Assembly: GCA_050084985.1 (NCBI GenBank)
Contig: JBITNC010000001.1
Coordinates: 18,476,001-18,540,000 of the forward strand
DNA: 64,000 nt
Source of the DNA: Nageia nagi
Taxonomy: Eukaryota; Plantae; Pinophyta
Direction of reading: 5' to 3'
Below the pieces are notes generated by a model that was given only the letters and a program-made list of their open reading frames with translations, did not search any database and was not told the origin of the DNA. Made by a program: the position numbers and the translations under genes. Numbering within the stretch: position 1 is the first letter of the stretch; every line of letters begins with the position of its first letter. Positions 51,851 through 62,250 of this stretch are shown one piece after another.

Positions 51851-52213
51851 GGGCTGGTAGCTCAGTGGTAGAGTACATATGCCAGTATCAGAAGATGCCA
51901 GTTTTGAATTGTTATGAACCGTTACACAAAAGGTCGACCTATTAGTGAATCCAACACCATGGATCTAACATATCACCACGCTCCGCATCCACGTCCCGCG
52001 GCTTCACTTGTGGCGGCTCTCATCTAGTCATTCTCTAGGTAGCCTTTCACAGTAGCCCTTCCGGGGACTTGAACTTGGGACGTATGGCCTGCTATGATAC
52101 CAAATTATGAACGTTAACACCAAAGGTCGACCATAGTGATCCACACACCCAGATCTTAACATGAATCCTAACGGGTCCATAGGTTCTAAGAATAGTTGTA
52201 AGTCCAAAAAAAA
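51851..52213 (+). mobile_element. tRNA-derived SINE-like element (or tRNA pseudogene) interrupted by a TRIM
   Basis: A-box TAGCTCAGTGG (51858-51868) and an intact D-arm. Removing the TRIM restores GTTTTGAATCC (B-box) and the acceptor 3' strand CGGGTCCA. A-run at ~52206-52213. The anticodon arm does not pair. Confidence 0.75.
51910..52161 (-). mobile_element. 252-bp terminal-repeat retrotransposon in miniature (TRIM)
   Basis: LTRs 51910-51970 and 52105-52161; outer termini TG..CA; TSD TGAAT (51905-51909, 52162-52166); PBS TGGTATCATAGC at 52102-52091. Confidence 0.88.
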
Positions 52214-52309
52214 TATTACAAATTGTAAACTTGAATTCAAACTAACAGATGAGCACCCATCACAATACAATACAATTCAAACACCTGCTAGAAAAAGGAA
52301 TTACACTAC

Positions 52310-52441
52310 CTGAAATGATTTGATCAGCAAAAGCTGAATGATCTTTGTCATTTGCCATAGCTATAACAAAGGCCAACGGTTGATCTGAATGTACCATCCT
52401 GATTGTGGCTGCTATAGCTTTGGCAGACGCTTCCGTGTGTG
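52310..52441 (-). CDS. DHFS: DHFS penultimate coding exon
   Basis: ATTAG| acceptor and CAG|GTAG donor. Encodes AHTEASAKAIAATIRMVHSDQPLAFVIAMANDKDHSAFADQIISG. Confidence 0.92.
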
Positions 52442-52520
52442 CTAATTCAAGTAACACAAAAATATTAGAAAATATCAGAGGTTTTATAGCACTTTGAAGG
52501 AAGATTACTTAGCAAAGTAC

Positions 52521-52652
52521 CTCCATCAAGAATTACGGTATTTCCTTCAATACCAAGCATCTGAACTTGCTCAGGTGTCAAATACTGAAATCTTCCACAT
52601 AAAGTTGTGCTCTCTAGCCCAGCACGTATTGACTCATCTGAAATTTTCCAAC
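52521..52652 (-). CDS. DHFS: DHFS internal coding exon (upstream exons not seen in the window)
   Basis: GTTAG| acceptor and GAG|GTAC donor. Encodes WKISDESIRAGLESTTLCGRFQYLT..VILDG; splicing rebuilds the FolC LDGAHT motif. Resembles plant DHFS (Arabidopsis GLA1/FOLC1 type) more than FPGS, from recall. Confidence 0.92.
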
Positions 52653-53361
52653 CTAACAACAAATGGAACAGGAATTTACTCATAAGAACAAAACTAGAAC
52701 CAGAAAATCCAGAATTACATATTCCATGTTACTGTTGAGATATCTGACAGCCTAATAAAAACGTGCACTAACTCCCATGTACTAAATAATACATTGCAGC
52801 ATATGACTGGACAAACAATTTCCAATGCACTTTTTGCTTTTACATTCAATGGATGAATTTAAACGGTCGCAATCTGGTAGATTATGGAATAATATTTGTC
52901 ATAATGTAGCAATCTGGCTAGATTATGGTAATAGGATTATAATATTTCCTTATGTGGTTTTACCTACTACCTTGCTTTGCCTATTATTGGAGTAACAGTC
53001 TACCCTGATTGTACATTTCCACTACTCTCACAAACCATTTTGCATTGTACATAAACATTGCGTAAGGTGGAAATACTCCAGATGTCGAGTTGTTATTAGC
53101 ACTGTCATTTTACTGAAAAATATACTCGTATATAGTATATAGGCATGTTGAACTTCAAATAATAGAAAATAAAATAAATTAGATGGTTTTGCTAAGGTTT
53201 TTTATACGGTTGTACATACTTAATTTGGATTTTGCTATTTAAAATGACTTCTATTTTAAGTGTTTATCTGATTTATGCAAAATGCAATTTTGGGCCCACA
53301 TGGGATCATTTTGGAAATTAACTTGAGCAATATCTTCAAATTTCATATTTTCCCAAGTACA

Positions 53362-56300
53362 TGTTGGCTTAGGTGTTCCCACCTAGGTGAATCCAAAATT
53401 AGACTTCTCCAATCTATATGAGGCAAAAGAGCAAAAGCTCTTATGAGAGACGCATGAACAAAATATCCTGAAACATCTTAGGAGTCTATCAGACAATATT
53501 TTTGGCATGCTCTAACACTATTATCTGCTACAAGATTCATCATATTCTTCAATGTTTTTATTCAAGTCATATTCAAAGGCATCACAACATAATATGCAAG
53601 GAGATCACTAGAAGCATTAAGAATATATTGCAAAACACATTCGTCGATGGTCATCACACCTCAAGAGATTGCTTGGCCTAGAACATGGGTATTTTGGACC
53701 CCACATCCCAAAACACAAATGTTTTGGAACCTAGGTGATCTAGTTCCTAACTGATATTGACCCCAAACCAATCCCAAGAACCAAGTCCAGCCCAACACAA
53801 GACAAATTCATCATCTGCTCACTCTAGAATGCTAGGATTCATCCTCCAAGATCACACGCTATCCATCAATTTGCCTCCAATTCCAAATTAATCCTCTCTA
53901 TATATATCCTCCAAGATCACAAGCTATTAACCTATTTCCATAGTAGACATAATAAAGTGTACATATTTTAATACATTAATCTCTTTTTGTATCTACAAAT
54001 TGGTGAACCCAACTCTTTGTTTTATTTTGTATCTTTTTTTGCTAAAACCCTAGGTTTTGGGTTTAAGCACCTTGTTTGTTTTTTGGAACCCTAATTTGTA
54101 AAAACCCTAGTTTTCTAAATTTAGGGTATTATATTTGTGTCAAACTCAAATTTCATTGGTGTTTTTTTCATCCTTGTTTGAACTTTGAACTATACCTTTA
54201 ATTCTTCTGCACATGAAGGCTCTGAAATTATTCCCAAATTTAGAAGTGCAAGAATGGTTAAGAAAGGAAAACCTACAATACAAATTCCAATCAACAATGA
54301 TGAGGACTATGACTTACAAGATGCTAGAATAAAGTATAAACACAAATGAGAATCTTTTCAACTCATACATGCATCTCTCAGAGAGTCTAGATACAAACTA
54401 TGACGGTGATACAAAAGGCGATGAAAATCAATCAAAAATTGCTTATCAAAATGCCAATAAAAAAAAAAATCATTGACCTGTATATGGCTTGTGGTGTCTT
54501 AGATCCACCTCCTTCACCCATCTCTGTGAAACTAAGTCAACCAATGGTTCTAAAAATATCTTCTTTCAAGATGCTTTTGAATTCAACTTCAAACCCAGCC
54601 AAAACATATAGATTTCCACAATGTTCCAATTCTAGGTTCCCCATTCCGAAACACATCTGTTGAGGACTAGTACACCAAATTGCAAGTGTCCTAGGGCACC
54701 TGTCCCAAAACGCAAACGTTCTAAAATGCCTATCAATGTTTTGCTCGCTTTGCCCAAAAATTACAATCTCCTTGCCGTCAACCTAAAAATCAACTTTGTG
54801 TCTTCCAAGTCATTCCTTATCCAATTTTGCCTCAGCGTCCAACCTTGCCACCACCATTTACCACATTAATCATAGGAATGCCTGTATCATAAAATATCTT
54901 AAAAAATATAACCCAAGGCCAATGTTTGAGACTTTAAGTGATGACAAAAACAAAAAATAGTGTAACATCAGAACCATTAAGTCCAAGGGTACAACATCAC
55001 AATCAAGCATCCCCTTCTCAAGAAACTAAAGATGATGATACACAAATTTTCAGTTTTGAGGGATTAACAATAGATGAAAGGAAATTTAAAGTAGAAATCA
55101 TAAATGAATTTCATCTAATGGAAGAAAGAACTTGAATTCCAAAATTTATCCCCGAAGGAGCAATGCATAGAATTGATAGAATTCAGAAAGATGCTCCAAC
55201 AACAATAGACAAACCAAAGAGGAGTTTTTGTCAAAATCAACTCACAAATTGAACAGCCTAATTGAATAGTTGATCACACGAAGAGATGTAGACGACCAAG
55301 AGATATATTGAAGTTATAAAAAACGTCATGGCAATCCAACAGATTTTGAAACATGTATGATCATACACAAATTATATTATGTTGTGCATTAGTTTCTTAC
55401 TTTAGTGTGTGTGAGACTAGCATGCATGTGTGTGCAATTGCTCACCATACTTGGTGTGTGGCGTAGTTGTGCATAGACTAGTTTTTATGTACTATTATGA
55501 TACTAATTCAAGATTCAATTAGAGTGCAAGATTTTGGTCGTTTTGTTTTATTCTGTTGCTATGTTTTTTCAGTGTAAATTGTGCAATTTTACTTTTCATT
55601 GCTGTTGTGTGACAATGAGCAAAGACAAATCTTTTTACAGCTAGCTGTGACTACTATTCAACATTTGTTGTCACTTTTGGTGACCAAAATTTAACATAAT
55701 CTAAGATGCAGACAACAGAACAAACAGAATTGTCTAAAGAAGTTCAGCAAACATTACAAGAATTGAAAACACTCAGAACTAAAGGCACTAGTCACATCAC
55801 ATGGTTTCATACAAAAGCATCAGAAAACGTTTATGTTCAAGAATCATACTATTAAACATTCTAAGAAAAGAATCTCTCAAATTTCATAATATACAATGGT
55901 ACAAAAGACACTAGACAACACATACTCCAATTCAAGAATGAAGCAATTAAATTCAACACTAATTAAAATCTCATGACAAGGGTATTTTTCAACAGCCTAA
56001 TTGGTGATGCTCTTCTATGGTATCAAGAGTTACCAAATGATAGTATCACAATTTCGAAGATTTTATAGACAAGGTTTTACAAGAATACAAATTTAACATC
56101 AAATGCAATACTACACTAGGGGATTTATACAAACTCAAACAGTTGCCAACTCGAAAATTCAAAGACTTCCTAAAGAAATGGAAAAAGAGAGCCAATGAAA
56201 TCATAGCAAAACAAGAAGATCTAAAAGAACCTATTACAAACACTTCTTACAGCATTCAAAGGACACATTTGCAGTCTTATAGATCCACCCTTGGAAAAAA

Positions 56301-56700
56301 TTATTCAAAAAGAACCAATTATCTCGGCTTATGGAGAATTGAAATATGAAAAAAGTAAGAAGAACAAAGAGAACACAACGGTTGACAAAGAAAAGGAAAA
56401 AGACAATACAATAGTTGTGGCAAATACAAAACAAGTTCAAAACAACCTTCACCAACCTCAAAGAAAGTACTCATGCTTTCAGGAAAGCCTAAGCTCAATT
56501 TTGGACAATTTGGTTAATTGGCATATTATTTAGTTACCTTCAAGAAGATAACATCATTTTCCCAACGATGTTGCAAAAGAGTACAAGTTTGTGGAATTTT
56601 GCAACTATCTTCAAAACATCAAACAGCACCAAAAAATATAGAAAATTGAGGGATATTGTTTAAGATTTAATTGATCAAAGGTTAATGTTAAAATCAAGTT
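53362..56700 (+). mobile_element. Truncated Ty3/gypsy element with a tRNA-Trp-type PBS: LTR to 53997, leader, degenerate gag
   Basis: LTR end ..TCTACA at 53997, then TGGTGAACCCAAC at 54001-54013; TATA-like motif ~53897 and AATAAA at 53951. gag FFNSLIGDALLWYQELPNDSI (~55985-56047). The LTR start is tentative. Confidence 0.7.
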
Positions 56701-56759
56701 TCTAAATATTTTAAGCTATATACTGACTTAAAATATTATTCCTCTAGTAAAATGTGCTT

Positions 56760-58040
56760 TTCGCCCCCTTTGCTACATACCTCCATTTTGCTTTTTGCCC
56801 TCTTGCTTCCATGACTCAAAAGCCAACATCTCACCCTCTCTGATTCAAGCTCATGTGGGAAAGCTACAATTGCCATCGAGATCTACAGTTAGCCCGTTAA
56901 TGGCGCGCTAACAATGGAACCACCTCTACGGTCTTGGTGAAGCCTTTTCATGAAAGAGGCTAATGAGAAGATGTCTCAAAATACCTCGCTCGATCATCAA
57001 TCAGGCAATTGAGCGAGGGCGCTACAATTTGGTAGGAAGACTTCATGGAGCACGTCCAAACTAAGTTACCGATTCAGGTACGTGTTCAGATTCAGGTTCG
57101 TTGTTTCAATTTGCAGATTTGGCAAAAAACAAATTTGGGTTTTGGGTACGGTTTGGGTACGTCCATACAAAAACCATGTAAAAATCAGAAATAAACATAA
57201 ATTTGCAGCCTAGAAACATGAAATTAAGATTAGAGTATCACATAGCATCATATAAACAACAAAACCACCATAAACATGAATGTCATTTAAAACATGCATG
57301 AGAAATTTCGCTCAAACTTCAAGTTCAATATTAAAATATTAATATCAAGTTCAAGTTTCAACGGTTCAAATGAAACTTCTAGGAGTCTAAGATTCTAAAT
57401 CAGTAATCTCATCATCATCATTGACATTAGATGATGTAGGAACATTAGAACCACAACCAATGCCACTGCCACATGCACTAACAACATGTTCATGTTCATC
57501 CAAGTCATCATGTTCAACTCCCTTTGATCACTCTTCAACTCTGAAGACAAGGGTTAGCCTTTTGGAAAAAACTTTGTTGTTTGCAAGGGAAATGAACAAG
57601 AATGAATGAGTTTAGAGGGTTTAAGGCCTTTAAGAGGTAACTTTTAGGGTTTCCCATATGTAATTGGTCAAATTCAAGGAGAAAAACAATAAAGAAATGA
57701 TAAAATTTATTAAAAAATCGGCCAGACGCCTTGGATACTTTGCGAGTACTTCCTGATATGCCCAAGTACTCCCACGTATGTTAGTGGCGTATCCGACTTC
57801 AAAAAAACATTTCCTAGACAAATCCGTTCGCGTATCGAACCCGTATCCATATCCAAAACGTACGGAACCCGTATCCACCCCTTCTGCAGGTGTATCCAGT
57901 AACTTAGCGTCCAAAACATTGATTTAATCCGAAGGTGGGAAAAACAGAAATGGACAATCAAGGGCAGCCTTGATGTTGTTGCAATACCTAGTGACTATAT
58001 CATGTTCGCTTTCAGCAATGAAGAAGACAAAGATTAATAC
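56760..58040 (+). mobile_element. L1-type LINE 5' fragment (ORF1 N-terminal DUF4283-like region) interrupted by a hAT element
   Basis: Reads LVGRLHGARP|NIDLIRRWEKQKWTIKGSLDVVAIPSDYIMFAFSNEED across the excised insert. Confidence 0.75.
57061..57907 (-). mobile_element. Non-autonomous hAT DNA transposon (847 bp)
   Basis: TIRs CTAAGTTAC..GTAACTTAG; perfect 8-bp TSD CGTCCAAA; reverse-complement relative of 60867-61959. Confidence 0.93.
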
Positions 58041-58305
58041 TTAACTTACCTTATAATGTATGAAGAGTGGCGGAATGGGGACGGTGCGCTAGTTACAGGG
58101 AAAGCGAAATAAAATTTCAAAAAAGTGAGGGCGGATCATAACTTCAGTACCTAGTGACTATATCATGTTCGCTTTCAGCAATGAAGAAGACAGAGATTAA
58201 TATTTAGCTTTATAATGTATGAAGAGTGGCGGAATGAGGACAATGCGCTAGTTACAAGGAAAGCGAAATAAAATTTCAAAAAAGTGAGGGCGAATCATAA
58301 CTTCA
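57985..58305. repeat. ~160-bp tandem duplication spanning the junction of two LINE fragments
   Basis: 57985-58146 and 58148-58305 are near-identical. Confidence 0.9.
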
Positions 58306-59700
58306 ATCCCCAAGGGGGGATGAATAAGGCAAAACAAAAACCGGACCTTAAACCCACATGGGAATGGGTTAACATCTTCACCTACAACCGAGCTAAACTA
58401 ATAGAGAAAATTGAAATCTCTTTGGAAGCTAAGATTGTTGAGAAGGAAGTGCGAATCATGATCCCCAAAACTATTGTCAATAATGAAGCCGAAAGATATA
58501 AGAAAATGTTTATCGGGCAATTTGTGGGCAATAGACCGGGGCTCGAAATAATCTAGATATGGATGACATAAAACAGGCTCACTAAAGGATCTGTCAAATT
58601 AGTGGTGCTTCCTAAGGAATTCCTATTTTTTAGTTTCTCCTACGAAGATGACCTGTCCAAAGTCCTGAAAGTGGGGCCATGGTTCTTGGGTAGAAAGGGA
58701 TTGATCCTGAAATGGTGGTACAAAGGTTTCAGACATGAAGTGGAAAATATCAATCCAATTCGTACCTGGGTAAGTCTTCCCAACCTTCCACATGAGTACT
58801 GGAACACCAATGTAATTGTTGGAATTGCAAAAGTAATTGAAGAGTTAATCTCCATAGAAAAGTGAACTAAGAATAGAAGTAGGCCGACATATGATAGATT
58901 CTGCGTAAACATTGACACCACAAAGGATTTGAGGAAGAAAATTTTCGTGGATGAGGAAGATGGAGGTACATGGGAACAAGAAATTGTCTACCAAAACCTC
59001 CCCTTCCAGTGCACAATCTGCAACCAGTATTATCATTATGCTAGAGAGTGTCCGGAAAGGAAAGTGGAGCCCCCTTCAGTAGGAAAGGTTAATGATAAAA
59101 AGAAGGATGAGGGAGGTTGGATGCAAGTTCAGAAGCAGGGAAAAAAAAGAAAGATCAATTCAACAATAAAAACAAGTATCAAACCTACAAGAAAGGTTAT
59201 ACAGGTCAAAAACAGACTGAGGTAAATAAAGAACAGCCAAGAAGAAACCCATTTACGCCATCAGATAACTTTGAGGGAACCGAATCAGCAGATGAATCAT
59301 AGGTAGAAGAGGACACATGGGAGGAGACGAAGATAACTAATATGGAGGAAGAGGAACCAATGGAAATGGACTTGGATGAGACATCCGCGAAGATGGTACA
59401 AAGAAGAAAAAGAAGCAGGAGTGGAATTATAGCAGATAAGAAAAAGGGAATACAGGGGGAAGGTGAATATATTCCAGTAAGACAACAGAACAATTTTAGG
59501 AAAAACCCCAAATGTAGGGCATCCGGTTATGAGGAAGCCCTCTAGCCAACAAATAAGAACCAAAAAGACAATGGAAGAAATAGCCAATGGGATGCAAGCC
59601 ACTCTAGAGCAGAGTGGACAGTCGTTGTCTTTATGAAGATTCTAAAAAGGAATTTACGAGGTCACAAGGACACTATCAAGCAGAGGTCTAGTCGAGATCT
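58045..59700 (+). mobile_element. Second L1-type LINE: ORF1 (DUF4283-like + CCHC) and the first codons of ORF2
   Basis: FIGQFVGNRP, GPWFLGRKGLILKWW, WVSLPNLPHEYW, YQNLPFQCTICNQYYHYARECP; ORF2 start MKILKRNLRG at ~59633. Confidence 0.88.
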
Positions 59701-62250
59701 CTTGGAAATGCAATTAAAATGCAGCCAAAACTCTCAAGAAAGGAATCCATACAAAATAAGGAAGGTGTACAGACTTGAGGATGGGCCCCACTATGATTGA
59801 AGTGGCAATCTATTGAGTCACATGGCTCGGGTAAAGGATATTTACTATGTCAGATGGTGGGACCAACATCTTCAAATAAGGAGTATGAATGAAAGGAGTC
59901 GGCAACTAGTAGAAGTGATAGGTGATGATGTACGCAACTCAAACGAATCCCACAAGTTCCATAAGCCTCAAGTCAGAGATAGGGGACAGTGCGGCACACG
60001 AATACTCGTAACAGATGGTGGTCTAAGTTCCGAGGTGGTGGAAATCCAGAAATTATATCATCATTATCCAATGTTGTTTTGAGGCATGCAAAGGCAGATT
60101 TGAGAATTGCAAATATGGCCAGAAAAGGAGGAAAACCCCTTCTAAGGAAAAGGGTTCCTAAGAAGAGGCCCAAACCCACCTTAAAGAGGGAAGAAGAGGA
60201 GAGTAGAACCAAATCAAGCTGTTGAGGTAAGGAGTAAGAAAATTCTTCAAGATGAAAAAGGTAGTACAAGAGATCCTAGACATCCCAAAAAACCCTAGCA
60301 ACCCTTGGAATTCTAATGGCAATGCACAATAAGGCAAAAAAAAGGAAATGGAGGATTCTGAGAATCTTGGTGATTTTGGACTAGGAGAAAAGGAAGGGGA
60401 AAAGGAAGATAGTTCAAAGGAAACCCACGTAAGCTCTAGAAAATTTAAACCTAAGGAATTGGAGAGCCAGGAGCTCTCCAATTTCTTCTAAAAGCCCGAC
60501 AGTTGAAAAAAATAACGATAGAAAAAACGAATCCGATGAAACATGGGAAATAAGTAAAGGAGACCCCTCAATTGTCCCAGAGGGAATGACCATGAAGAAG
60601 AATGAGGAAACTAACTCAGACCATATGGAAGAGGATATATGGAGCAAAGAAGAATCCTCCAAGATCCCAGAACCCACCAAGTCTAAGTTGCTGAAGATCA
60701 ATGATCAGGAGAAACGCATCAAACCGGGAGATCCTTCGCCAAGAAAGCAATCAGAAGCAGAAGTTCAATTGGGTAAGAACTCTCCACTCATTCTTGAGTA
60801 TGTTTTGTTGATTGAAAAAGATTAGTTAGCAGAAGAAAAGGGAAAAGTTTCTGCCAAAGTACAAACCTAAGTTACCGGATACTCCTGTAGAAGTGGTGGA
60901 TACAGGTTCAATATGTTTCGCATACGAATACGGGTTTGATACGTTTCGGATTCAGATATGGATACGGTTCAATATGCAAATGGATTCGTCCAGGAAACAC
61001 TTTTTTGAAGTCAGATACGCCACTGATGTACCTAGGAGTACCCAAGCGTATCAAGAAGTACCCACGGAGTATCCAAGGAGTTTAGTGGATTTTTTAATGA
61101 AGTTTATTATTTTTTTATTGTTTTTTCTCCTTGACTTTGACCGATTGCACATGGGCGACCCTAAAAGTTACCTCTTAAAGGCCTTAAGCCCTCTAAACTC
61201 ATTCATTCTTGTTCATTTCTCTTGCAAACAGCAAAGTTTTTTCCAAGAGGCTGAGCATTGACTTCAAAGTTGAAGAGTGATCAAAGCGAGTTGAAGAGTG
61301 ATCAAAGGGATCTTCTACAAGGATTGTATTGTCATTTCTACTCATCCACTCAGTCAAACACAATAGAATGAACTCAAAAAAGCGGAAGACTTAGTATATG
61401 TGTATTCCAACTTGCGCCTCCTTTCACACAAAGAAAATGACTATAAGCAAGCGGAGATGAAGTTGTGGGATATACAGCCAATACAAGCTCACTTGGATGC
61501 ATCCAATTCCCAAAATATATTACCCATTTGATGACTTGGATGAACATGAAGATGTTGTTAGTGCAAGTGGCAATGGCACTGGTAGTGGTTATAATGTTCC
61601 TACATCATCTAATGTCAATGATGATGATGAGATTATTGATTTAGAATCTTAGACTCTTAGAAGTTTCATTTGAACAGTTGAAACTTGAACTCAATATTAC
61701 TATTTTAATATTGAACTTGAAGTTTGCGCAATATTTGTCATCCATGTTTTAAATGACATTCATGTTTATGGTGGTTTTGTTATTTATATGATGTTATGTG
61801 AAACTCTAATCTTAATTTCATGCTTCTAGACTGCAAATTTATGTTTATTTTTTATTTTTACATGCTTTTGTATTGACATACCCAAAACATTTTTTTGCCA
61901 AATCCACGAATCGAACCAACGAACCCGAATCTGAGCCTGTACCCGAATCGATAACTTAGGTACAAACAGAAGGAAGGTCAGAAGCACCTAAAAAGCAACC
62001 AAAAGAAGGTGAAACAGAGGAGGACACTCCCCTTGTAATACAGTCACTGAGTGTCATTAAACCAGTGATCACAAGATCAGCAAGCACAACACCACATACC
62101 CTAAGACAGAAGAGGAGAAAGAGATCTAATTCCAAGATGAGGCTGTAGAAGAGAAGGATCGAAGCACCTCAGGCAGAGAAGACCGCAACAATAAAGAAGA
62201 TGGGAGGGCCATGCCCTCAAAGAATAAGTAATTCAGTTTTTAGTAGTATT
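59700..62250 (+). mobile_element. Degenerate TE-derived ORF remnant (possibly the tail of a plant-mobile-domain-like accessory ORF of a gypsy element)
   Basis: Purine-rich coding-like sequence, YYVRWWDQH followed by a long K/E-rich region; interrupted by a hAT with intact TSD. Confidence 0.35.
60867..61959 (+). mobile_element. Non-autonomous hAT DNA transposon (1093 bp) retaining the transposase C-terminus
   Basis: TIRs CTAAGTTAC..ATAACTTAG; perfect 8-bp TSD GTACAAAC; IHSVKHNRMNSK..AEDLVYVYSNLRLLS (hAT dimerisation region) at ~61344-61430. Confidence 0.93.

Noticed and set aside
51910-52161. Hammerhead retrozyme
   Set aside because: No CTGANGA..GAAA core seen on either strand, and the LTRs are far shorter than retrozyme LTRs.
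51851-52179. Functional tRNA gene
   Set aside because: Interrupted by a 252-bp insertion; the anticodon stem does not pair and the T-loop is mutated (TTTGAAT).
6781-52652. Functional link between SEN2, DHFS and the tRNA-like elements
   Set aside because: Neighbourhood alone is not evidence in a plant genome, and the pathways are unrelated.
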